In this document: one piece after another, positions 28,732 through 37,923 of the stretch | Layout of the letters: every line of letters begins with the position of its first letter | Numbering within the stretch: position 1 is the stretch's first letter | DNA from: an uncultured delta proteobacterium | GTDB lineage: Bacteria > Desulfobacterota > Binatia > Binatales > Binataceae | Direction of reading: 5' to 3' | Length of the DNA: 64,000 bases | NCBI GenBank assembly: GCA_963765675.1 | Contig: CAVXXK010000001.1 | Location: 1,856,001 to 1,920,000, forward strand | Translations under genes and position numbers: made by a program | The notes under the pieces: model-generated | What the model was told of the DNA's origin: nothing | The model's database searches: none | What the model saw: the letters and a program-made list of their open reading frames with translations, nothing else

Positions 28732-29157
28732 ATGAAGCTGCACGACCTTTACACCGATTGGCGAGTTGTAACCGGACTTGCGCTTGCCGTCCTTGGAGCG
28801 GGCAACTGGATCATCGGGCTCGAACGCACTCAGCAGTACAGCCAGATTATCGCGAGCGATCCCAATGCCGCGGCGGGCTCCGACTATCGCAGCTTCGACG
28901 AGCTTGATGCCTCGGCGGGAGGCGCGGTCCTGGAGCCTCTGACCGACCGCGAGCGCGCGGTCTCCTACGCCACGGCGCGGATGGATTTCTATCATGCAAC
29001 CTTCCTGACCGGGCAGATGCTGGTGCTCGCGGCGCTGCTGGTTGCCCTGTGGGGCGTGATCGCGGTGATCCAGAACGACGCCCGCCGCGCGATGCGCGGA
29101 GCATTTCCTGGCGGCCCCGGTCCTCCTGGCGCCGGTACGATGCGCCGGCTTCGTTGA
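28732..29157 (+). CDS. Hypothetical two-TM membrane protein
   Basis: Two TM helices around a soluble loop; apparently co-transcribed with ispE. Confidence 0.6.
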   Translation: MKLHDLYTDWRVVTGLALAVLGAGNWIIGLERTQQYSQIIASDPNAAAGSDYRSFDELDASAGGAVLEPLTDRERAVSYATARMDFYHATFLTGQMLVLAALLVALWGVIAVIQNDARRAMRGAFPGGPGPPGAGTMRRLR

Positions 29158-29182
29158 GTGAACGATTGAGAGCGGAGCGCCG

Positions 29183-30046
29183 ATGGTAAAAATTCTGGCC
29201 GAGCGCGCGCCCGCGAAGATCAACCTCTGCCTTCGCGTGACCGGGCGCCGGGCCAACGGCTATCACGAGCTCGACTCGATTTTCATTCCGATCGATTGGA
29301 GCGATCTGGTTCGTATCGAACTTCGGCCCGCATCTGAGTTGCGTGTCGATCTGCGATGCAACCGGCCGGAGCTGAGCGATCCCGGCTTGAATCTGGCGGC
29401 GCGCGCGGCAACCGCCTTTGCGCGTGAATACGATCTGAGCGCGCACATTATGATCGATCTCGAAAAGCATCTGCCCGCGGGTGCCGGACTCGGCGGCGGC
29501 TCGAGCGACGCCGGCGCGGTGCTCACGATGCTCGCCGCGACGTGCTCGGTTGGCACCGACGCGCGCCTGGTCCGGGTAGCGGTCTCGATTGGCGCCGACG
29601 TACCGTACTTTCTCGATCCGTGTCCCGCGCGCGTGCGCGGGATTGGCGAACGGATCGAGGCGCTGCCTGCGCTCACGCCAATCGATCTGGTGCTGGTGGT
29701 TCCGCCGATCGAAGTGCCGACCGCGCGAGTCTTTCGCGCGCTAGCGCCCAGCGATTGGAGCGGCGAAATTCCGGCCGCGGATCTCGAAGCGATCCTGAGC
29801 GGACGGATTTCGCGCGGCCTGACGGTGAACGACCTCGCAAAGCCCGCCGCCGCGATGTATCCGCGAATCGCGGAACTCAAAGCGATAGTCGAAGCGCGCG
29901 GCGCGGTTGCCGCCGCGATGTCGGGCAGCGGCGGCTCCGTGTTCGGAATATTTGCCAACCGCACGGATGCGCACAATGCGGCAAAGCTCATCGCAGACGA
30001 CGCGCCAGACGCGCGCGTTGTCGCTTGCCAGACGATTTCTCGCTAA
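29183..30046 (+). CDS. ispE: 4-diphosphocytidyl-2-C-methyl-D-erythritol kinase
   Basis: APAKINL, PAGAGLGGGSSDA, GADVP, MSGSG. Confidence 0.96.
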   Translation: MVKILAERAPAKINLCLRVTGRRANGYHELDSIFIPIDWSDLVRIELRPASELRVDLRCNRPELSDPGLNLAARAATAFAREYDLSAHIMIDLEKHLPAGAGLGGGSSDAGAVLTMLAATCSVGTDARLVRVAVSIGADVPYFLDPCPARVRGIGERIEALPALTPIDLVLVVPPIEVPTARVFRALAPSDWSGEIPAADLEAILSGRISRGLTVNDLAKPAAAMYPRIAELKAIVEARGAVAAAMSGSGGSVFGIFANRTDAHNAAKLIADDAPDARVVACQTISR

Positions 30047-32103
30047 GCGTCCTGTCCGGCAGCGGCGCGGAGTCCGGAAGCTCCGCGGGGCGGCGCGGCG
30101 CTCGCATCTTCAGTCAGCCGGAAGCATCGGAAGAACGATCGGAAATCGTCGGCTGCGCCGCGAAAGCGGAGCAGGTTTTCCTTGACCGCGCGTTCGGCGC
30201 TCAACTCGCCGCGGCTGACCAGCGTCCAGCTTTCGGTTCCGCAGTAGATCGTCAAGTCAGGCTCGCGCAAATCACCCTGGTTGCTGAGGCATCGCCCGTC
30301 GCGAATCTCGACGTAGTAGCTCCCGGGCTCCGCGCCCGAAACGACGAACTGGACTGCAAGGCTGATTTGGTTTGCGCGTTTGCGATCAAAAATGAACGGC
30401 AGCCCTAGGATGAAGGTCTCCGCGGTGCCGACGCCTAGTCCGATGCGGTGGATATAGAACGCGGGATAGCCTTTGCTGAGCGGCGCTAGTACGCCGACCA
30501 GAACGATTACCGCGACGATCGCGAGCCAGCGAGTATCGGCAGGCGTGCGGTAGGCCGCGGCCGCAACAATCGCGAAGCCCGCCGCCCACATCGCGGCCAG
30601 ATGTCCCGTGATCCGCGCGAACGACGGGCTCTTCTGGATCCATGCCGGATACGCATGGCGCATCCAGTAGCCGGTGAACGGCTCGGCGCCGAACATCTGC
30701 GGCAGAATCGCGACGGCGGCGCACGCCGCGAACATCCACGCGGGAGCATACGCGACGAAACGATCGATCGCGCCGCCCACGTATGCGACTTGCCCGACAA
30801 AGAGAAAAATCACTATCGCCAGGTCAAAGGTCTTGGTTTCCTCGGCCGCGCTGGCTGCGAGCAGGTAGACGAGATCGACGACTTCTCCAACCAGCAGGGC
30901 CTGTGCCGCGCTTGCGCCGTATCCTGCCAGCGCGATCGCGAACGCCGCGATCGGCACGACGCTGCCGATATAACCAAAGAACGCGTTCCAGATGATCCCG
31001 CGGTTCGGGCGCACGGAATCGTTGCGGCCGGTCAGCGCCAGCGATATTTCCGCGACCGTGCCGCCTCCGACAAAACTGTGCAGATGAAACTCGCCGTGCT
31101 CGCCGTAGAACGCGCGCAGGCGATCGCGCAGATTCGCGAGACCGACGCCGTCGGACTTGCGTTCGCCGGCGCGCTTGGGCTGGAAGCCGACGCCGTTGTC
31201 CTCGACCCGGATATGCAGCCGATCGCCGCCGCGCCACGCCGCGATCGAGATCGTGCCGGCGCAGGTTCCGTTGAGGAGGCCGTGTGCGACCGCGTTTTCG
31301 ACCAGCGGCTGGATTAGCAGCGGCGGCACGTGGATCTCGCGCACGTCGGGCGCGATCTCGGTATGCACGCTTATGCGATCGCCGGAGCGCGCACGCTCGA
31401 GCTCGAGATACGACGCGACCGCCGCCAGCTCGTCGCTGAGCGGCGCCATCTTGGCCCGGCTCCGCCCCATCGAATAGCGCAGCACGCCAGCCAGTTGCAG
31501 GATCAATTTTTCGGCGCGCGCCGGCTCGACCGCCGCAGCCTCTGCGATCACGTTGAGCGAGTTGAACAAAAAATGATGATTGAGCTGGCTGCGTAGCGCT
31601 TCGAGTTGCGCCGTCAGCGCGAGCTCGCGCAACCGGCGCTGCTCCTGGCTGGCGCTGTCGAGCGCGAGTCCGCCGAGAATCATGTAGAGGGTTGCTCCCG
31701 CGATCACGACCAGGTTGACGAGCCCCGGCGAGAGCGCGTAGCCCTCGGCGACATCCGGCGGAATGTGCGCGAACCGCGTCCACAGGTGAAACGCGATCAG
31801 CATCCCGTTGCCGAACAGCACCACTCCGAGCATCACCTGCACCAGGATTCGCAGCACCAGCACACCGCGCAATCGCGGGACGATCCAGCGCCATACCGCA
31901 AACGTGATCGCCGCGAAGATTCCGGCGTTCACCAGGTGAAACTCGGAGTAGCGGATGATTCCGGGCGTGGCGACGCCCGTAATCCACTGGCCCAGCAGAT
32001 CGAGCGGGACGTTCAGCATCCCCGCGACCAGCGCGAATACGATTTGCGGATAGAGCAGGCTTTTGGAGGCGGTCCGCGTGCGCGCGATTGTCTTCATCGC
32101 CAT
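30043..32103 (-). CDS. LytS-family sensor histidine kinase fused to a C-terminal membrane domain and an SCP2 domain
   Basis: LEALRSQLNHHFLFNSLN H-box, QPLVENAVAHG, DNGVG, GVGLANL; then about six TM segments with PFTGY..W; then an SCP2-like VQFVVSG..G.YYVEIRDG.C…PDLTI…LVSRGEL domain. Confidence 0.85.
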   Translation of the reverse strand: MAMKTIARTRTASKSLLYPQIVFALVAGMLNVPLDLLGQWITGVATPGIIRYSEFHLVNAGIFAAITFAVWRWIVPRLRGVLVLRILVQVMLGVVLFGNGMLIAFHLWTRFAHIPPDVAEGYALSPGLVNLVVIAGATLYMILGGLALDSASQEQRRLRELALTAQLEALRSQLNHHFLFNSLNVIAEAAAVEPARAEKLILQLAGVLRYSMGRSRAKMAPLSDELAAVASYLELERARSGDRISVHTEIAPDVREIHVPPLLIQPLVENAVAHGLLNGTCAGTISIAAWRGGDRLHIRVEDNGVGFQPKRAGERKSDGVGLANLRDRLRAFYGEHGEFHLHSFVGGGTVAEISLALTGRNDSVRPNRGIIWNAFFGYIGSVVPIAAFAIALAGYGASAAQALLVGEVVDLVYLLAASAAEETKTFDLAIVIFLFVGQVAYVGGAIDRFVAYAPAWMFAACAAVAILPQMFGAEPFTGYWMRHAYPAWIQKSPSFARITGHLAAMWAAGFAIVAAAAYRTPADTRWLAIVAVIVLVGVLAPLSKGYPAFYIHRIGLGVGTAETFILGLPFIFDRKRANQISLAVQFVVSGAEPGSYYVEIRDGRCLSNQGDLREPDLTIYCGTESWTLVSRGELSAERAVKENLLRFRGAADDFRSFFRCFRLTEDASAAPPRGASGLRAAAGQDA

Positions 32104-32105
32104 CG

Positions 32106-32894
32106 CTAGTAATTGAGCATCTCGCCGAGCAGCCGGGCCTGGCGCCGGCTGACTTCGATCTGTTCGTGCGGCTCCAGGCTGGCGAAGCGAACGACGTAGC
32201 GCCCGCCGAACCACGGATGAATTTCGCTGGCGAGGTCGAGGTTGATGAGCGTCGAGCGGTTGGCGCGAAAAAATCGCTTCGGCTCGAGGATCGCCTCGAG
32301 CTCGCGCAGCGAGCGGCGCACCGACAGCCGTCGTCCGCGCACCCGTGCATAGACCGCGTCGCCTTCCGCCACGAAGTAGAAAATCTCGGCCGGTTTGGCG
32401 AGCACGATATGTTCCTTGTCGTGCAGCGCGATCCGATTCGCCCCCGGCTCCGCGCCGCCGCTTATCCGGCGCAGCAGCTCGCTCATCTGCAGCGGAGGCT
32501 CGGCGGCGTGAATCCGCGCGCGCACCCGCTCGAGCGCGGTGTCCACGCGAGCCTGTTCATAGGGTTTCAGCAGGAAGTCTATAGCTTCCACCTCGAAGGC
32601 CTGGATCGCGTACGAATCGTATGCGGTCGAAAAGATCACGTGCGGGCGGTCGCGCAGTCGCCGCAGAACTTCCAGTCCCGAAATATCCGGCAGCTTGATG
32701 TCGAGCATTACTAGATTAGGGCTGGTGCGCTCGATAAGCGCGATCGCCTCGGCGCCGGTTGCGGCCTCGCCGGCGATCTCGACGTCGGGATGCGCGCGCA
32801 GAAATCTCGCCAGGCGCGAGCGCGCGGGCGCTTCGTCCTCGACGATTACGCTTCGGATCGGCCGCTGGGCGCCGGATTGCTGGTTCTCGTGCAT
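32106..32894 (-). CDS. LytTR-family response regulator
   Basis: VEDE, LDIKLP, FSTAYDSYA..AFEVEAIDFLLKP; LytTR FFRANRSTLINL, VSRR. Confidence 0.94.
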   Translation of the reverse strand: MHENQQSGAQRPIRSVIVEDEAPARSRLARFLRAHPDVEIAGEAATGAEAIALIERTSPNLVMLDIKLPDISGLEVLRRLRDRPHVIFSTAYDSYAIQAFEVEAIDFLLKPYEQARVDTALERVRARIHAAEPPLQMSELLRRISGGAEPGANRIALHDKEHIVLAKPAEIFYFVAEGDAVYARVRGRRLSVRRSLRELEAILEPKRFFRANRSTLINLDLASEIHPWFGGRYVVRFASLEPHEQIEVSRRQARLLGEMLNY

Positions 32895-32973
32895 CGCGCG
32901 TATCAGCACCGACAATTATCAGCCGAAAGTCCAATAAGTCCACGCCGGTTGGCTCAGCGGCCCGATGCGCGGA

Positions 32974-33004
32974 GCGGACGGCGTCGTCGCGGCGGCGAAC
33001 GGCG
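32974..33004 (-). promoter_or_regulatory. LytTR-type direct-repeat operator (autoregulation)
   Basis: CGCCGTTCGC (32995-33004) and CGCCGTCCGC (32974-32983), 21-bp period; -10-like GATAAT at 32915-32920. Confidence 0.6.
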
Positions 33005-33008
33005 GCGG

Positions 33009-34067
33009 CTACTTAAGGAATCGGTACACCAGCTTCTGGAAGTGCTGGATGCCCCGTTCGCGCGAGAGCATCAGGCTGCCGTGCCCGACGACGCCCGAGC
33101 GCATCCCGCGCTGCACCGATTCGCACAGCACGATATCCTCGCCCGTAACCAGGTCGCTCAGCTCTGTGTACGCCGATATCTCGGCGTCGGTCGTGCCCTC
33201 GGCGAAAAAATAATCCACCGTCTCGTGCGTATGTCCGGCGTCGATTGGATGCGCGCAAATCACTTGCAGCGCCATCGGACCCGTCGACGCCGCGAGCATC
33301 GCGTTCGGCCACAGAGTCGCGTAGGTAACGCCGGCGCCGCGCGGTTTGAAGTAGGGTCCGTAGTAGGTCGAGAAAAACTCGTGTTCGGTGTCGCTCTGGT
33401 ATTTGTCGGTATCGATAAATTCCGAGAACTTCGGATGCGCAACCGGGCAGTGGTAGCACTCGTTGAAATTCTCGATCACGATCTTCCAGTTCGCCGCGAA
33501 CTCATAATGGTCGCGCCGCACCATCCGCAATCGATCCATATCGATCTCGGCGTTCGCGATGATCTCGGGCAGTTTTCCGCTCACGTCGCCGAACTTTCCC
33601 GCCTTGCGATCCGGATTGACGAAAATCAGCGGCCCCCAGGTCTCGAGGCCGAGCGGAATCAGCCCGAGCGATTCCTTCGCGAATGCTTCCTGCTCGTTGG
33701 CGCGAGGCGCATTGCGCAAAGATCCGTCGAGGTTGTAAGTCCATCCGTGATAGTGGCACTGCAGCGTGCGCCGGTTGCCGGAGCATTCGAGAACCACTTC
33801 GCTGCCGCGATGACGGCATACATTGGCGAACGCGTAGAGCTTCGTGTCGGTGTCGCGCGCAATCACGATCGGGACGTCGCCGATTTGCGTGGTAAAAAAA
33901 TCTCCCGGCGTGGCGACCTGTCCGGTATATCCGGCGTACTGCCACGAGCGGTTGAAGATCCGCTCGCGCTCGGCCGCGTAGATCGCCGGATCCGCGTACC
34001 AATGCGCGGGCAGCGTATTGCCGCGTTCGAGTCCGTCACCAATCGAGGGATTGATATCTAGCGGCAT
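33009..34067 (-). CDS. Rieske aromatic-ring-hydroxylating-type oxygenase alpha subunit (choline monooxygenase/CntA-like)
   Basis: CRHRG…CHYHGW Rieske motif; ENFNECYHCPVAHP mononuclear Fe site; EDIVLCESVQRG. Confidence 0.92.
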   Translation of the reverse strand: MPLDINPSIGDGLERGNTLPAHWYADPAIYAAERERIFNRSWQYAGYTGQVATPGDFFTTQIGDVPIVIARDTDTKLYAFANVCRHRGSEVVLECSGNRRTLQCHYHGWTYNLDGSLRNAPRANEQEAFAKESLGLIPLGLETWGPLIFVNPDRKAGKFGDVSGKLPEIIANAEIDMDRLRMVRRDHYEFAANWKIVIENFNECYHCPVAHPKFSEFIDTDKYQSDTEHEFFSTYYGPYFKPRGAGVTYATLWPNAMLAASTGPMALQVICAHPIDAGHTHETVDYFFAEGTTDAEISAYTELSDLVTGEDIVLCESVQRGMRSGVVGHGSLMLSRERGIQHFQKLVYRFLK

Positions 34068-34174
34068 ATTTCCTCCGTTCTCATACAATTCAAAATCATC
34101 ATACTCATCGAACTAGTTCGCAATATAACGCGAGCCCGGCTTCAGGTAATCGCGCCCCGGTGCCTGGAAACAGC

Positions 34175-34226
34175 GCCGACTGCCGCCGGTTTCCAGCCGA
34201 TCGCCGTTCTTGCCGGACCGATCGGC
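34175..34226 (-). promoter_or_regulatory. Three degenerate direct repeats with 21-bp period (LytTR-like boxes)
   Basis: gccgactgcc 34175, gccgatcgcc 34196, accgatcggc 34217; -10-like TATATT on the minus strand at 34122-34127. Confidence 0.5.
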
Positions 34227-34305
34227 GAATATTCGTTGTCAGGGTTGTTTGCTCGGACGATCCTGTCACGTGGGAGCGGTTGATCGGCAATCCACGGAGG
34301 CACTG

Positions 34306-35676
34306 ATGCGAGCGAATCGAGCGGAGCGGATTACTAAACGATTGGGGATAGCCGCGATACTGGGGTTGGCGATTGCGCTCTCAAGTCCGGCGTATGCGCA
34401 GGTGAAGCCGGGTGACGTGATCACGAAGGCTAACGCCGCCCTGGTGCAGAATCTCGTGAGCCCGGGCAATTACACGTTGGTGCAGCGCGGGATGGTGATG
34501 GATATTGTGCCGAGCGAGAAGCTCGAATGGCCTCCGCCGTACACTTCGGCGACCGAGAAGTATCATGCGCAGGTTGCGCTCGCGCCCGACGGCACGCTGC
34601 ACAACTACGTCGCCGGATTGCCGTTTCCCCTGCTCGACGCCAACGACCCCGAGATGGCGACCAAGCTGATGTGGAACTTCAGCTACCGCCCTCTTTATAG
34701 CGACGACGCCGACCTGCGCTTTCCCGAGATCGCCAGCTATGCCGCAACCGGCGGCGATCCGCTGAGCTACTTCACCGTCGGACATTTCGCCTTCTACAAC
34801 AATATCGGCCGGATCGAGGTTCCTCCGGTCCCGACCGATCCTGACGCCGCCGAAAGCGGCGTGCGCTATCGCTTCGGCTTCTATCCGTTCCTCGAACCGT
34901 CGGAGCTGCGCGGCTTCGGGATGGTCCGGTATCGGCATATCGACCCCAAGGTCGAAGACAACACCTGGGTGTTCAATCCGGAGAATCGACGGCTGCGGCG
35001 CGAATCAGTCGACGTGCTGACCGACGCGATCGGGATGCTGCCCGGATTCTCGGCCAGCGGCGGCGGAGGCGGCGGCGGTGGTTATGGCGGCGGCGGTGTG
35101 GCCGCGAGCGCGGGCGGGTCGCTGGCTTCTTCGATCGATCCCGATTCCTACTTTGGCTTCGCCGCCAAGATCGAGGACTACACCTACAAATTCCTGGGCG
35201 ACAAGAACATGCTCGCGGTGGTCAACGCCAAGACCTCGCCCGAGACCGGATGCCCCTCCGACGGCAACCACACCGTATGTCCCGAGAACTGGGAGATGCG
35301 CCATCTGTACGTGGTCCAAGCCGACGCCAAGCCGGGCAACAACTTCTCGATCTCGAAGCGGATTCTCTATGTCGATTCCGAGGGCTGGTTCATCACCGCG
35401 TCGGACCAGTACGATCGCCAGGGCAAGTTGTGGAAGACGCTGGCGACCTTCAACACCTATCGCGACCGCCCGATTCCTGACGCCCGGATCGCGATCTATC
35501 CATACAAGCGGATGTTCCAGCTTGCGCTGGTCGACTACGACCTGACCAACTCCAACAGCTCGATAGTGTTCATGCCCGGTCCGACCGCGCCCGATCGCGA
35601 GTGCTGGTATATCGACATGGGCGTCGTCAACAACTCCTTCTTCACTCCAGAGGCGCTCAAAAACGCCGGCCACTGA
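34306..35676 (+). CDS. DUF1329 family exported protein
   Basis: Signal peptide, VKPGDVITKAN, GLPFP, NRRLRR, SKRILYVD…DQYDRQGKLWK, FTPEAL; Gly-rich insert. Confidence 0.85.
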   Translation: MRANRAERITKRLGIAAILGLAIALSSPAYAQVKPGDVITKANAALVQNLVSPGNYTLVQRGMVMDIVPSEKLEWPPPYTSATEKYHAQVALAPDGTLHNYVAGLPFPLLDANDPEMATKLMWNFSYRPLYSDDADLRFPEIASYAATGGDPLSYFTVGHFAFYNNIGRIEVPPVPTDPDAAESGVRYRFGFYPFLEPSELRGFGMVRYRHIDPKVEDNTWVFNPENRRLRRESVDVLTDAIGMLPGFSASGGGGGGGGYGGGGVAASAGGSLASSIDPDSYFGFAAKIEDYTYKFLGDKNMLAVVNAKTSPETGCPSDGNHTVCPENWEMRHLYVVQADAKPGNNFSISKRILYVDSEGWFITASDQYDRQGKLWKTLATFNTYRDRPIPDARIAIYPYKRMFQLALVDYDLTNSNSSIVFMPGPTAPDRECWYIDMGVVNNSFFTPEALKNAGH

Positions 35677-35819
35677 GACCATGCCGACCCGGAAGGCGCC
35701 GCGTTGCTAGTGACCCCCGCGCTACTCCCCGAAACGCGGCGCCTTCATCTTTTTCTCCCGGCACGAGCCGCAAATGCCGATAAACGGACCCGCTTGTGGA
35801 AGCCTGCGGCGCAAGCGGA

Positions 35820-35848
35820 TTGACAGGAAAAATCCCTGCCAATAACAT
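35820..35848 (+). promoter_or_regulatory. sigma70 promoter for tRNA-Gln-prs-rplY
   Basis: TTGACA-17 nt-TAACAT. Confidence 0.7.
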
Positions 35849-35942
35849 CGCGATCCCGGTGCGTGATCGATCTCCCGCAGACTGTTGGGGTGGCGGAATA
35901 CGCGCACTAAAATATTCTGGGAGCCTTCGATAACGATTTCGT

Positions 35943-36018
35943 TGGGCGGTCGCCAAGCTGGTAAGGCACCAGGCTTTGGACCTGGCATTCGAAGGTTCGA
36001 ATCCTTCCCGCCCAGCCA
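35943..36018 (+). tRNA. tRNA-Gln (TTG)
   Basis: tgggcgg/ccgccca acceptor, ccagg-ctTTGga-cctgg, ggttcgaatcc, CCA; canonical position before prs. Confidence 0.96.
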
Positions 36019-36084
36019 TTTGGCGCCGGGCGCGGCGGACGGTTTTGCGGGATTTGACGGACGCGATTTCGAGCGGGAGTGACG

Positions 36085-37044
36085 ATGTCGGAAAGGGCCA
36101 AGGACGAGCTGGAGATATTCACGGGTAACGCGAATCCCGCGCTCGCGCGCGAGGTCGCGGAGCATCTCCAGGTGAAGCTCAGCCAGGTCGATGTCGGCCG
36201 CTTTCCCGATGGCGAAGTGATGGTCGAGGTGCGCGAGAACGTGCGCGGCGGCGACGTCTTCGTCATCCAGTCGATCTGCACCCCTCCCAACGAAAATTTG
36301 ATGGAGCTGCTGCTGATGATGGACGCGCTGCGCCGCGCCTCGGCCAAGCGCGTCACCGCGGTGATTCCGTATTTCGGTTACTCGCGGCAGGATCGCAAGG
36401 TCGCGCCGCGCGTGCCGATCAGCGCCAAGCTGGTCGCCGATCTGATCACAACTTCCGGCGCGAGCCGCGTGCTCACCGTCGATCTGCACGCCGGGCAGAT
36501 CCAGGGTTTCTTTAATATCCCGGTGGACAATCTGTACGCGATGCCGGTGCTGATCAGTTACCTGCGCAAGCGCCTTGACGGACAGAATATCTCGGTAGTC
36601 TCGCCCGACGCCGGCGGAGTGGAACGCGCGCGCGCATTCGCCCGCCGCCTCAACGCCAACCTCGCGATAATCGACAAGCGCCGCCAGCGCGCCAGCGAGA
36701 TTGCCGGGATGCGCCTGGTCGGCGAGGTGAAGGACACGGTCGCGGTGCTGGTCGACGACATGATCGATACCGCCGGGACGATCACCGAGGCGGCGAAAGT
36801 GGTCTCGGCCGCGGGTGCGAGCGAAGTCTTCGCCGTGGCGACTCATCCGATTCTGTCGGACCCGGCATGCGATCGGCTCAGCAAATCGATCATCAAGGAA
36901 ATAATCACGACCAACACGATCCCGCTGCGCGCCAAGGCGCAGGCGGAATTGCAAAAGCTCAAAATGCTGTCGGTTGCGCCGCTGATCGCGGAAGCCGTGC
37001 GGCGAATTCATAATGAGGAGTCGGTGAGCTCGCTGTTCAGTTGA
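36085..37044 (+). CDS. prs: Ribose-phosphate pyrophosphokinase
   Basis: FPDGE, YSRQDRK, DLHAGQIQGFF, VSPDAGG, DDMIDTAGT. Confidence 0.97.
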   Translation: MSERAKDELEIFTGNANPALAREVAEHLQVKLSQVDVGRFPDGEVMVEVRENVRGGDVFVIQSICTPPNENLMELLLMMDALRRASAKRVTAVIPYFGYSRQDRKVAPRVPISAKLVADLITTSGASRVLTVDLHAGQIQGFFNIPVDNLYAMPVLISYLRKRLDGQNISVVSPDAGGVERARAFARRLNANLAIIDKRRQRASEIAGMRLVGEVKDTVAVLVDDMIDTAGTITEAAKVVSAAGASEVFAVATHPILSDPACDRLSKSIIKEIITTNTIPLRAKAQAELQKLKMLSVAPLIAEAVRRIHNEESVSSLFS

Positions 37045-37072
37045 ACCGCGGCCGCCTATCATAAGGACCACG

Positions 37073-37810
37073 ATGGAAACCGGTGAAATGAATTGTGAAG
37101 CGCGGCCTGTGCGCCCCAAGGGCGTCAAGCACGCGATCCGTCATCAGGGACGCGTGCCCGCGGTGCTGTACGGACCGGGCTCGAAGCCTACCTCGCTGTC
37201 GATCGCCTCGAGCGAATTAAAGGCGCGCATCGCGGCGTCGGCACACACCCGTATCGTGCGGCTCAAGTCGGCGTCCGCCGAGCTCGACGGCCGCCACGTG
37301 ATCTTCAAGGACCTGCAGCGCGCGCCGGTGTCCGGCGAAATCCTCCACGCCGATCTCTACGAAGTCGATCTCAAGCGCGCGATCCGCGTCCAGGTCGCGC
37401 TCAAGTTCACAGGCAAGGCCGCGGGCGTAGCCGAGGGCGGAATTCTTCAGCCGCTGGTCCGCACCGTCGAGGTCGAATGCCTGCCGCTCGAAATTCCCGA
37501 ATCGATCGAGGTTGACGTCACCGCGCTGGGAATCCATGACGTGATCCACGTCTCGGCGATCAAGTTTCCGGACAACGCCAAGCCGCACTACGACCAGGAT
37601 TACGCGGTCGTCTCGGTTCTGCCGCCGACCGTCGCCGAAGTTGCGGTTCCCGTCGCTGCGGCAGTGGAAGGCGCACCGGTCGAAGGTGCTGCGGCCGAAG
37701 GCGCCGCCGCTGCGGCTCCTGGAGCCGAAGGCGCGGCCAAGGAAGGCGCTGCCGCTGCCGCGCCCGCGGCCCCCGGCGGAAAGAAGGGAGAGGCGGCGGC
37801 CAAGAAGTAG
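37073..37810 (+). CDS. rplY: 50S ribosomal protein L25/Ctc
   Basis: GRVPAVLYG, ILHADLYEVD, GVAEGG, CLPLEIPESIEVDV; Ala/Glu-rich tail. Confidence 0.95.
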   Translation: METGEMNCEARPVRPKGVKHAIRHQGRVPAVLYGPGSKPTSLSIASSELKARIAASAHTRIVRLKSASAELDGRHVIFKDLQRAPVSGEILHADLYEVDLKRAIRVQVALKFTGKAAGVAEGGILQPLVRTVEVECLPLEIPESIEVDVTALGIHDVIHVSAIKFPDNAKPHYDQDYAVVSVLPPTVAEVAVPVAAAVEGAPVEGAAAEGAAAAAPGAEGAAKEGAAAAAPAAPGGKKGEAAAKK

Positions 37811-37923
37811 TTCCGCGCGATCGAATTTCGCGCGGCCGGTGCAGTTGCGACACGCAATTGCATCAGGAATGTGTTCGGCGGTGCGCTCGACGCGCGCCAC
37901 CGGTCGGGGGCGGAGGTGCCGCG

